In this document: one piece after another, positions 49,859-58,310 of the stretch | Layout of the letters: every line of letters begins with the position of its first letter | How positions within the stretch are numbered: position 1 is the first letter of the stretch | DNA from: Sulfitobacter sp. | Lineage (GTDB): Bacteria; Pseudomonadota; Alphaproteobacteria; Rhodobacterales; Rhodobacteraceae | DNA: 64,000 bases | Direction of reading: 5' to 3' | Assembly (NCBI GenBank): GCA_965212515.1 | Contig: OZ243121.1 | Span: 17,620-81,619 of the forward strand | Program-made: the position numbers and the translations under genes | The notes under the pieces: generated by a model | The model's database searches: none | Told to the model about the DNA's origin: nothing | The model's input: the letters and a program-made list of their open reading frames with translations, nothing else

Positions 49859-51864
49859 AGGAGCATCCCGTGAACATGCAAACGGCAGTCTCAGCAACCG
49901 ATGCCCCCCCAACGGCGGCGCCAGCGGCGCGGCCGGTGCTGGAGGTCAGCGACCTGACGGTAGAGTTCCCGACGCGGCGCGGCACCCTGACCGCCATCGA
50001 CGGTGTCTCCATGCGCATCGAACCCGGCGAGATACTCGGCGTCGTCGGCGAAAGCGGCGCGGGAAAATCCATCACCGGATTGGCGGTGCTGGGGCTTCTG
50101 GAAGAACCCGGCCGCATCGCCTCCGGTGAGATCCGCGTGGTCGGCCGCCGCATTGATCAGCTGAGCGAGAGCGACCTGACCAAGATCCGCGGCCGCGAGA
50201 TGGGCGCGATCTTCCAGGACCCGCTGACAGCGCTGAACCCTCTGTTCACCGTCGGGGCCCAATTGGTCGAGACCATCCGCCTCCATTCCGACCTCTCGAA
50301 AGAGGCAGCCCGGGAGAAGGCCCTGCACCTCTTCCGGGAGGTCGGCATCCCCGCCCCGCGCGAAAGGCTCGCCCAGTATCCCCACCAGTTCTCGGGCGGA
50401 ATGCGGCAGAGAGTGGTCATCGCCCTGGCCCTGGCGGCCGATCCGGCCCTGATCATCGCGGACGAACCCACAACCGCCCTCGACGTTTCGATCCAGGCCC
50501 AGATCACCTCCCTGCTGCGCCGTCTCTGCAAGGAGCACCAAACCGGCGTCATGCTCGTCACCCACGACATGGGCGTGATCGCAGAAACCGCGGACCGCGT
50601 GGCGGTGATGTATTCCGGGCGCATCGTGGAAACGGGCCGGGTTCAGGAGGTCATCCACCAGGCCCAGCACCCCTATACCAAGGGCCTGATGGCCGCGATT
50701 CCCAGCCTGCATGAGCGGGTCGAGTCCCTGAGCCAGATCGACGGGTCGATGCCGCGGCTCAACGCGCGGCCCGATGGCGGGGCCCAGGTGCCGCCGCGAG
50801 GCCCCCCGTTTGGTGCCCGCCGGCCCGAACAAGGCCGCCTGTTTCCTGCACGATGGAGGGGTGTCATGACCAACCGCGATCCGATCCTCAGCCTCACGGA
50901 CGTCTCCAAGGCCTTCGACGTCTCAGCGCCCTGGCTCAACAGGATGCTCGAACGCAAAGAGAAGCTCTTCGTCAAGGCCGTCGAGAGCGTGAGCTTCGAG
51001 GTGCCGCGCGGGAGCTGTTTCAGCATCGTCGGTGAATCCGGCTGCGGCAAGTCCACCATCGCCCGTCTGGTGACGGGTCTCTACACGACCACGGAGGGCT
51101 CCATCGCCGTGGGCAAGGGCGCCGGCGGCCGCCCCGTCCGGGTGCAGATGATCTTTCAGGACCCCCAGTCGAGCCTGAATCCCCGCTGGCGTGTGGGCGA
51201 CATCATCGCCGAACCGATCCGCGAGATGAAACTGCGCAAGACCGATGCCGAGGCCCGCGCCCGCGTCGAGGACCTGCTGAGGATCGTGGGCCTCGCCGCC
51301 GACGATGCTGCCAAGTACCCGCACGAATTCTCGGGCGGTCAGCGGCAGCGGATTTCCATCGCCCGGGCGCTCGCCTCTGAACCCGAACTGCTGGTCTGCG
51401 ACGAACCCACCTCGGCGCTCGATGTCTCCGTCCAGGCCCAGATCCTGAACCTGATGCGCCGCCTGCAAAAGGAACTGGGGCTGACCTACCTCTTCATCAG
51501 CCACGATCTGAGCGTGGTGCGGCACATGTCCGACACCATCGCCGTCATGTACCTCGGCCGGATCGTCGAGATGGCCCCGGCTGAAGAGCTCTTTGCAGCG
51601 CCGCGGCACCCCTATTCGCAGCTCCTGCTGGGCACGATCCCCGACATCCACGCGCCGAACCGCGATCGCCTCATGCAGGCCGGAGAGCCCCCCAGCCCGC
51701 TCGCCCCCCCGCCGGGCTGCACCTTCCATCCGCGCTGCCCCCTGGCCAATGGCCGCTGCCGCGCCGAAATGCCCGAACTTCTGCCGGCAGGGGCGGCAAC
51801 GGTGCGCTGTCACGCGGTGGAGGAAAACCGCGCCCTGGCGACCGGCCTTGAGGAACCAGCCTGA
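49855..51864 (+). CDS. fused double ABC ATP-binding protein (DppD-like plus DppF-like halves)
   Basis: Two Walker A motifs (GESGAGKS; GESGCGKST), two signatures (FSGGMRQRV; FSGGQRQRI) and two Walker B motifs. The C-terminal half ends with the canonical PPGCTFHPRCPLANGRCRAEMPEL. The junction at 50768-50869 looks frameshift-derived (see findings). Confidence 0.85.
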   Translation: MKEHPVNMQTAVSATDAPPTAAPAARPVLEVSDLTVEFPTRRGTLTAIDGVSMRIEPGEILGVVGESGAGKSITGLAVLGLLEEPGRIASGEIRVVGRRIDQLSESDLTKIRGREMGAIFQDPLTALNPLFTVGAQLVETIRLHSDLSKEAAREKALHLFREVGIPAPRERLAQYPHQFSGGMRQRVVIALALAADPALIIADEPTTALDVSIQAQITSLLRRLCKEHQTGVMLVTHDMGVIAETADRVAVMYSGRIVETGRVQEVIHQAQHPYTKGLMAAIPSLHERVESLSQIDGSMPRLNARPDGGAQVPPRGPPFGARRPEQGRLFPARWRGVMTNRDPILSLTDVSKAFDVSAPWLNRMLERKEKLFVKAVESVSFEVPRGSCFSIVGESGCGKSTIARLVTGLYTTTEGSIAVGKGAGGRPVRVQMIFQDPQSSLNPRWRVGDIIAEPIREMKLRKTDAEARARVEDLLRIVGLAADDAAKYPHEFSGGQRQRISIARALASEPELLVCDEPTSALDVSVQAQILNLMRRLQKELGLTYLFISHDLSVVRHMSDTIAVMYLGRIVEMAPAEELFAAPRHPYSQLLLGTIPDIHAPNRDRLMQAGEPPSPLAPPPGCTFHPRCPLANGRCRAEMPELLPAGAATVRCHAVEENRALATGLEEPA

Positions 51865-52517
51865 TGCAGTTCGACTTCACCAAGATGCCCGCAGCGGATC
51901 GCTACCGGCTGCTGACAAACTTCATCGGGCCGCGCCCCATCGCCCTGATCACCACGAGGGCGGAGGCCGGGCACAACAACGCGGCGCCCATGAGCTTTTT
52001 CAACGTCTTCGCGCACGAGCCGCCCATCGTCATCGTTGGCTTCAGCGCCCGCCCGGACGGCAGCGAAAAGGACACGCTCCTGAACCTCCGCCGCACCGGG
52101 GAATTCTGCGTCAACATGGTGGACATGGCCCTGGCCGATCAGATGATCCTCTGCGGCGTGAACTTCGGAGCGGAGGTGGACGAGCTGGAATACTCAGGGC
52201 TCGACCCGGCCCCGTGCCAGCAGATCTCGGCGGCGCGGCTGGCCCACACCCCCTGCGCGATGGAGTGCCGAACCGAGCGGATCATCGACTACCCGGGCCG
52301 CGCCATCGTCATGGGCGAGGTGGTGGAGATGCACGTCCGCGAGGACTGTCTCGGCCCAGACGGCCGCTACGTCGATCCATCCGTCTACCAGCCCATCGCC
52401 CGCCTGCACGCGGACAACTACATCGTGAGCGATCGGCAGTTTGAACTCAAAAAGCCGGCCGAACTGGCCGCCCGCGAAGTGGCGCAGACCCCACCGCGGG
52501 CCAGGGAGCCCTCCTGA
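51864..52517 (+). CDS. flavin reductase-like (FMN-binding split-barrel) protein
   Basis: 217 aa. Motif RPIALITTRAEAGHNNAAPMSFFNV, typical of the Flavin_Reduct domain. Confidence 0.8.
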   Translation: MQFDFTKMPAADRYRLLTNFIGPRPIALITTRAEAGHNNAAPMSFFNVFAHEPPIVIVGFSARPDGSEKDTLLNLRRTGEFCVNMVDMALADQMILCGVNFGAEVDELEYSGLDPAPCQQISAARLAHTPCAMECRTERIIDYPGRAIVMGEVVEMHVREDCLGPDGRYVDPSVYQPIARLHADNYIVSDRQFELKKPAELAAREVAQTPPRAREPS

Positions 52518-53242
52518 TGCGTATCCATATCGTCAATCCCAACTCGAGCATCGGCATGACCGACCAGATCTCCCGGGTCGCGCAGAGCTACGCGTCGGCC
52601 GGGACGGAACTGGACGTCACCTGCGCCGCCGCCGCCCCCGCATCCATCGAGGGCTACACCGACGAGGCGATTTCCGTGCCCCACATGCTGGAGGAAATCC
52701 GCGCCGCCGAAAGCCGGGGCGCCGATGCCCATGTCATCGCCTGCTTCGATGATCCAGGCCTGGCGGCGGCCCGCGAAATCGCCAGCGGCCCGGTGCTGGG
52801 CATCTGCGAGGCCTCAATCCACGTCGCCATGCTCCTCTCCAGCCGCTTTTCCATCGTCACCACGCTGCCGCGCTCGATCCCGATCATCGAGGACCTGGCC
52901 GAGGCCTACGGCGCGGGCCGCCGGTGCCGCCGGGTCCGGGCCATCGACATGCCGGTCCTGTCGGTCGAGGCCAACCCGGAACGAACGGCGCAGCTGCTGG
53001 CCGCCGAGATCACCCGGGCCCGGCGCGAGGATCAGGCGGAAGCCATCATCCTCGGCTGCGCCGGCATGGCCGACCTCTGCGCACGCCTTACCCAGGAAAC
53101 CGGCGTCCTGGTGATCGACGGCGTAACCGCGGCCCTCCGCATGAGCGAGGCCGTCGTGGGCATGAAGTACCGAACCTCGAAGCTCGGCGCCTTCGCCCAA
53201 CCGCGGGCGAAGAAGGGTGGCTACCAGCAGGAGGTCGCGTAA
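52517..53242 (+). CDS. Asp/Glu/hydantoin racemase-family protein
   Basis: 241 aa. Two Cys-containing motifs, IACFDDPGL and ILGCAGMA, as in hydantoin racemases and maleate isomerases. Confidence 0.85.
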   Translation: MRIHIVNPNSSIGMTDQISRVAQSYASAGTELDVTCAAAAPASIEGYTDEAISVPHMLEEIRAAESRGADAHVIACFDDPGLAAAREIASGPVLGICEASIHVAMLLSSRFSIVTTLPRSIPIIEDLAEAYGAGRRCRRVRAIDMPVLSVEANPERTAQLLAAEITRARREDQAEAIILGCAGMADLCARLTQETGVLVIDGVTAALRMSEAVVGMKYRTSKLGAFAQPRAKKGGYQQEVA

Positions 53243-53501
53243 GGGGGATCAGCGCGACGGCACCGCCCTGGGTCTGCTCCAGGCGAGCTCGTGTGCCGCA
53301 CCGGCGCGTTGCAGCGGCGGCTGGGAAAGACCTGGAAAATCATCGAGATGGATTTTGGCTGAAGGCATGTCCCCAGCCGGATAACACGCTCGCACTTTTA
53401 CCATAACTTGCCTTACCAGATTCACCTATTTCGACCGGCCACCTCTCAAACGAGGGTCAGAATTCACGAGAAGCGCGCCAAAGCTGCCGCGCCACACGCC
53501 C

Positions 53502-54491
53502 CTAACCGCCCTGGATCGTGATGGTAAAGCTGGTCCGCGCGCCCGGCGGGGGTGGCGGAAAGGGGGCGGCGCGCCGGATCATTTGCAGCGCCGCGGAATC
53601 CAGCCGGGCGGACCCGGAACTGCGCGCGATCGAGACGCCGCCAAGCCCCCCGTTGCCCGCGATCGAAAACCGGACCAGGGCCGCCCCCCGCGATGCGATG
53701 CGGGGTTTCCGGGTCCGGCTGATCCGCTGCATGACCTCGCCCTGGTAGTTGCTGGCCGTTGCGTTCCCCGCCCGTGTTGCTTGCCCTGCCCCCCCGGCCT
53801 GCCTGGTCGCCGTGGCCTCACGGGCCCCCTGCGCACCGCCCGCCACGGCATTTTCGCGCGCATTGCCCCGCCGGGTCTCGCGCGGCTGTGGCTTCTTCTC
53901 GGCCCGGCGGACGGGCTCCGGCTTTCGCGCGGGGCGCAGGGCAGGCCGCAGCGATTCCGTCACCGCATTCTCGCTGGCCGCCTCCAGGGTCTCCAGCGGC
54001 GGGGACAGGGCGGCCTGTTCGGGCGCCTCGGGGCTCAGGGCCTCTGCCATCTGGGGCGTCGTTTCAGTCGGAGCCATCGCTTGCGCTTCGGTCATCTCAG
54101 CGGGGGTCGCCTCTGAGACGTCCGCCCGCTCGGCCGGTGCCTCTGGCCGAAGCGCAGGCAGGGCATCGGGCGGCGGCGATGCCTCGACGGGCAGCGCCGG
54201 TATGGCCTCTGCCTGCCTGACCGGCACTGCCTTCTGCGCGGTCGGCACGGGCTGAGCCTGAGCCGTAGTCGGGGCAGCCAGAGGCGCCTGGACCGGCGGC
54301 TTCGGCGCCTCGGTCACGGCCGCCCCGGCGACAAAATCGGTGAAGCTGCTGCCATGGCGGGCCTGGACGGCCCCCGCCGAGGCGCCCTCGATCTCGACCT
54401 CTGGCCCAGAGAAGAGCACCAACGCCAAGCCCCCATGCAGCGCAGCGGAAAGCCCAAGGAAGGCGAGCTTGGCAAGGGGTGTCCGCTTCAT
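53502..54491 (-). CDS. tonB: TonB-family energy transducer
   Basis: N-terminal anchor LAFLGLSAALHGGLALVLF, long Pro/Ala/Glu-rich spacer, and TonB_C-like end YQGEVMQRI...VRFSIAGNGGLGGVSIARSSGSARLDSAALQMIRRAAPFPPPP. Confidence 0.8.
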   Translation of the reverse strand: MKRTPLAKLAFLGLSAALHGGLALVLFSGPEVEIEGASAGAVQARHGSSFTDFVAGAAVTEAPKPPVQAPLAAPTTAQAQPVPTAQKAVPVRQAEAIPALPVEASPPPDALPALRPEAPAERADVSEATPAEMTEAQAMAPTETTPQMAEALSPEAPEQAALSPPLETLEAASENAVTESLRPALRPARKPEPVRRAEKKPQPRETRRGNARENAVAGGAQGAREATATRQAGGAGQATRAGNATASNYQGEVMQRISRTRKPRIASRGAALVRFSIAGNGGLGGVSIARSSGSARLDSAALQMIRRAAPFPPPPPGARTSFTITIQGG

Positions 54492-54874
54492 TTCAGGGCC
54501 TGCTCCGTCACGATGACAACCGATTGCGCCCCGCCCGCGCGCAGATCCCGCGCCAGGCGGACAAGCCTTTCCGCATCGAGCGTCCGGTCCGGCACGATCC
54601 GCACCCGCTCCAGCGCCGCAGCCCCGCGCCCCGCAAGGAAGGCACCCACATCGGCAAGATCCTCACCGCGGTAGCTGAGGCCGCCATCGCTGTGCACCAC
54701 CAGCGCGTCGGGCGGCTCCCTGCCCTCCAAATCGCGGGTCTCCACCAGCTGCAACGCGCTGTCGAGCGGCTGCGCCAGGGTGCCCGCCACCAGGAAAAAG
54801 ATCAGCATCAGGAAGACGATGTTGATCAGGGCAATCGTCGGCTCCGGCTTCCTGCGTCGAACGATTCTGCGCAT
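54488..54874 (-). CDS. exbD: ExbD/TolR-family biopolymer transport protein
   Basis: 128 aa. Motif PTIALINIVFLMLIFFLV. ATGA coupling to tonB. Confidence 0.85.
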   Translation of the reverse strand: MRRIVRRRKPEPTIALINIVFLMLIFFLVAGTLAQPLDSALQLVETRDLEGREPPDALVVHSDGGLSYRGEDLADVGAFLAGRGAAALERVRIVPDRTLDAERLVRLARDLRAGGAQSVVIVTEQALK

Positions 54875-55236
54875 CAGCCGGCCCCCAGAACCGACACGCT
54901 CAGGCCGGGATAGTCCCGCAATGCCACCAGAAGATCGGTGAGCCGCTGGGCATCCACCCCCTCTTTCAGGGCCACCAGAAGCGCCTGATCCTCACGCGGC
55001 GTCAGGGCCAGGGCCTCAAGCGGGCGCGCCTCGCCATTGACGGTGATGTGGTCCGGGAAGAGCTGCAGGAAGATCGGCGCGCCCGTTGCATTGCCGCCGC
55101 CCGCAGCCGCGCTCAGCTCCACCTCCGAGAAGCGCGAGAAGGTGGAGGTGAGCATGAAGAAAAGCAGCAGAAGGAAGATCACATCGACAAGCGATGTCAT
55201 CGAGATGCGCTTCCCCGGGCGGCGGAGGCTAAGCAT
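54874..55236 (-). CDS. exbD: ExbD/TolR-family biopolymer transport protein (second copy)
   Basis: Track ORF 54874..55359 trimmed to the ATG at 55236. Motif MTSLVDVIFLLLLFFMLTS. Confidence 0.8.
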   Translation of the reverse strand: MLSLRRPGKRISMTSLVDVIFLLLLFFMLTSTFSRFSEVELSAAAGGGNATGAPIFLQLFPDHITVNGEARPLEALALTPREDQALLVALKEGVDAQRLTDLLVALRDYPGLSVSVLGAG

Positions 55237-55885
55237 GAAGGGGCTGACCCAGGGCCTCGGTCCGCGCCGACGCACGCTGACCCAGGGGCCGCAGCACGGT
55301 CTGAATGGCCTGGTCCGCAAGGCCGCGCTCGGCATCCATCCGCGCTTCGAGCCAGGCATGCAGGATCGAGGTCGGCATGGCCACGGCCAGCCCCGCCGCG
55401 GTGGTCATCAGGGCCACCCAGATGCCCCCCGCCAGGATCGAGGGATCGACCTGGCTGCCAGCGCTTTGAAGCGCCTGGAAGGCTTCGATCATGCCCAGCA
55501 CGGTGCCGAAGAGACCCAGCAGCGGCGCCAGTTGCGCCACGTTGTCGAGCGTCCGCAGACCACGCTCGAGCCGCGTGAAGCGGGCCTCGGCCTCGCTCAC
55601 CAGGCGGTCATTGTCCGCCCTCTCCGCGCCAAAGGCCATCTGCACGACGGGCGCCAGATAGCTGGTCGAGCGTTCAAGATGCCGCGCGGCCCCCGCCCTG
55701 TCGCCCCCATCCCAGGCTTCGACCGCCTGCATGAGGGCCCGATGCCGCCCGACCCCGGCGCCGCGAAACTGCCAGAGCTTGTAGAGCGCGAGCGCCAGGA
55801 CATAGATGGAGGCGGCGATCAGGATCAGGATGACCGGCCCGCCCAGGTCCGCCACCTGGCGCAACATCTCGAACAGATCGGTCAT
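55229..55885 (-). CDS. exbB: MotA/TolQ/ExbB proton-channel protein
   Basis: 218 aa. Motif LAPLLGLFGTVLGMIEAFQAL. Confidence 0.9.
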   Translation of the reverse strand: MTDLFEMLRQVADLGGPVILILIAASIYVLALALYKLWQFRGAGVGRHRALMQAVEAWDGGDRAGAARHLERSTSYLAPVVQMAFGAERADNDRLVSEAEARFTRLERGLRTLDNVAQLAPLLGLFGTVLGMIEAFQALQSAGSQVDPSILAGGIWVALMTTAAGLAVAMPTSILHAWLEARMDAERGLADQAIQTVLRPLGQRASARTEALGQPLHA

Positions 55886-56301
55886 CCCAGCATCTCCACC
55901 TCGGTCCGGCTCTTCACCGTCAGGCCCTTGGCGCAGGCCGCATCGTCGCCGCCGGGCACCGTGCAGGCATTCACGCCGTTGATCAGCAACCGGTCGAGCG
56001 CAGCGCAGCTCAGCTCCGGCACCATAAACTGCCGCACGCGCGGCACTCCGGCTGGGATCTCGCCGAAGTCAAACAGCGTTAGCCGGTCGACAGCGCCGGC
56101 ACTGTCGAAGAGCACGGTCTCAAAAACCACGCTCTCGACCCCCTCCGGGTGCGTGCTGGCCGCCACGAAGGTCAGCTGGCAGCCACTGTCGATCTGGGCG
56201 ACGCCATTCAGCTCGACGGTGATGCCCGCAGGCGCCACCTCCTGCGCGCCCGCCGCGCCGACGAGCCCGAACAGGCAGAATGCAGCAAGGGTGTTTCGCA
56301 T
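55882..56301 (-). CDS. small secreted protein of unknown function (four Cys in the mature part), first gene of the exbB-exbD-exbD-tonB operon
   Basis: Track ORF 55882..56526 trimmed to the ATG at 56301 (GGAGGA RBS). Signal peptide AAFCLFGLVGAAGAQE. ATGA coupling to exbB. I recognise no family. Confidence 0.6.
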   Translation of the reverse strand: MRNTLAAFCLFGLVGAAGAQEVAPAGITVELNGVAQIDSGCQLTFVAASTHPEGVESVVFETVLFDSAGAVDRLTLFDFGEIPAGVPRVRQFMVPELSCAALDRLLINGVNACTVPGGDDAACAKGLTVKSRTEVEMLG

Positions 56302-56316
56302 CTTGGGTCCTCCGAA

Positions 56317-56351
56317 CGGATAAATCTGACTATTTCGATAAACTTTATCCG
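56317..56351. promoter_or_regulatory. inverted repeat CGGATAAA-N19-TTTATCCG immediately upstream of the TonB-system operon RBS
   Basis: Read directly (arms 56317-56324 and 56344-56351). The AT-rich core is TCTGACTATTTCGATAAAC. Location fits an operator, possibly metal-responsive, but I cannot match it to a named box from memory. Confidence 0.3.
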
Positions 56352-56666
56352 ACGGTGGGCGCAAGAGGGCATGTCTTCGCTGGGCACAGAAGGGGATGGA
56401 CGACACCGCCGAACCAACGCTCACCCCCCGAAGTCGTGCGGCAACTGAAAAGCTGGTCGCCCCCGGCAAGAAACGCTTTTCGCAGTTTCCGGGAAGATCG
56501 CGGTCTTTTGAGACCGAGCCTGCCAATCAAACCTCACCGCTTCCCGCGGGAGGCCCTACGCTGGTTTCTGCGAGATCCAGCGGCTTACCAAGATATGCTC
56601 AATCTGCCGGAAGAGCGCGGCGGAATGATCGACCGTTCGACCGGGTAAATCGCAACCGCCCCCACC

Positions 56667-58250
56667 TCACCCCCCGTCGAACACCCGCCCGTAGGTTTCC
56701 CGCAGGTCCCGCTTCAGGATCTTGCCACTGGCGTTTTTTGGCAAAGCCTCCGCCATCTCAACATGCTTCGGCGCCTTGAAGTGGGCCAGCGTCTCGCGGC
56801 AGTAGGCCATCACGCCCTCGGCGGTGACCTCCTTGCCCGGCTTGGCGACGACGACGGCGGTGACCGCCTCGATCCATTTCGGATGGGGCACGCCGAAGAC
56901 CGCCACCTCGGCCACATCCGGGTGGCGGTAGATGGCCTCCTCCACTTCGCGGCTGGCCACGTTCTCGCCGCCGGTCTTGATCATGTCCTTCTTGCGATCG
57001 ACGACATAGAGGTAGCCCTCCTCATCGAAGCGCCCCAGATCGCCGCTGTGAAACCAGCCATTGCGGAAGGCCTCGGCGGTCTTTTCGGGATCCTTGTAAT
57101 ATTCGGTGATCAGGTGCGGGCTGCGGTGCACGATCTCCCCGACCTCGCCCACCGGCACGGGATTGTCCGCATCGTCCACAACCCGCGTCTCCACGTTGAG
57201 CGCGGGGCGCCCGGCGGAGCCCAGTTTGCGCATCTGCTCGTGCGGTTTCAGGATCGTGGCCAGGGGGGCCATCTCCGTCTGGCCGTAGAAGTTGAAGAGC
57301 CGCATGTTGGGCAGCCGCTCGGCCAGTTCCTCGATGATGGCCGTGGGCATGATCGAGGCGCCGTAGTAGCCCTGTTGCAGGCTGCTCAGGTTGCGCCTGT
57401 CGAAATCGGGGTGGCGCAGCAGTTGAATCCAGATCGTCGGCGGGCAGAAAAGCCGTGTCACGCCATGGGTCTCGACGGCCTCCAGCATCTCGGCCGGATC
57501 GGCCTTGTCATGCAGGATTGAGGAAGCGCCGACGTAGAGATCGGTGCTCAGAAAGCAGTCCAGCTGCGCGCAATGGAAGAGCGGCAGGCAATGGAGCGAG
57601 ACCGCCTCCTCGCCCATCTCGCCGTCGATGATGCAGCTGGTGTACTGGGCGTAGAGCGCGCCCGAGGTGAGCAGCGCCCCCTTGGGGCGGCTCTCGGTGC
57701 CGCTTGTGTACATCATCTGGATCGGGTCGTCGGCATGGACATCGTGCCACAGCTCGGAGGCGTCCTCGTGCTCCAGGATGTCCGCCACCGGGTGCCAGCC
57801 CTCGGGGGCCGCCACATCGGCATGGGGGATGACAAAGCGCGGCATGGCGCCCTGCCCCGCCTCCGCCAGCGCGGCATCCGCCGTCTCGCAGAGCGCGTCC
57901 TCGGCGATGATCATGCCGGCCCCGGAATGGTCGAGGATGTAGGCCACGTCGGGCGCCGTGAGCATGAAGTTGACCGGCGTGGTCACCGCCCCCAGGCGCG
58001 CCAGGGCAAAGCGCAGCACCACGAAGGCCCGGTTGTTGTGGGTGAAAAGGGCCACCCTGTCGCCCTTGGCGACCCCGCGCGCGGCAAGCCCGTTGGCGGC
58101 GCGGTTCACCGCGGCGTCAAGCTCCGCGAAGGTCTCTGCCCGGTCGCGGAAGACCAGCGCAACCTTGTTGGGCATTCGGCCGGCCGAACGGCGCAGCAGG
58201 TCGACCAGTTGTTGGCCCCGCGCGCGCCGGATGAGTTGATCAGTGTGCAT
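56667..58250 (-). CDS. AMP-dependent acyl-CoA synthetase/ligase
   Basis: Track ORF trimmed to the ATG at 58250. Motifs MYTSGTESRPKGA (AMP-binding P-loop), YGQTE, GWFHSGDLG and KTGGENV. Confidence 0.9.
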   Translation of the reverse strand: MHTDQLIRRARGQQLVDLLRRSAGRMPNKVALVFRDRAETFAELDAAVNRAANGLAARGVAKGDRVALFTHNNRAFVVLRFALARLGAVTTPVNFMLTAPDVAYILDHSGAGMIIAEDALCETADAALAEAGQGAMPRFVIPHADVAAPEGWHPVADILEHEDASELWHDVHADDPIQMMYTSGTESRPKGALLTSGALYAQYTSCIIDGEMGEEAVSLHCLPLFHCAQLDCFLSTDLYVGASSILHDKADPAEMLEAVETHGVTRLFCPPTIWIQLLRHPDFDRRNLSSLQQGYYGASIMPTAIIEELAERLPNMRLFNFYGQTEMAPLATILKPHEQMRKLGSAGRPALNVETRVVDDADNPVPVGEVGEIVHRSPHLITEYYKDPEKTAEAFRNGWFHSGDLGRFDEEGYLYVVDRKKDMIKTGGENVASREVEEAIYRHPDVAEVAVFGVPHPKWIEAVTAVVVAKPGKEVTAEGVMAYCRETLAHFKAPKHVEMAEALPKNASGKILKRDLRETYGRVFDGG

Positions 58251-58310
58251 TGTCTTTGCCTTCAGTCTTTCATTGCTGCCCGGCGCCAGCCGCGCCGGGC
58301 GGATCACTTG

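Noticed and set aside
53502-55885. ExbB/ExbD (MotA/MotB-like) genes, with the OmpA-like protein at 1594-2157, as a Zorya-type defence system
   Set aside because: The genes form a standard exbB-exbD-exbD-tonB operon with a TonB C-terminal domain. No ZorC/ZorD-like large proteins are present, and the OmpA gene is 50 kb away in a different operon.
56280-56648. 122-aa plus-strand ORF in the ligase/Ton intergenic region
   Set aside because: Its codon usage (AGA, AGG, AAA, CAA, TCT, TAT) is unlike the GC3-rich genes of this window. It has no RBS and no recognisable motif.
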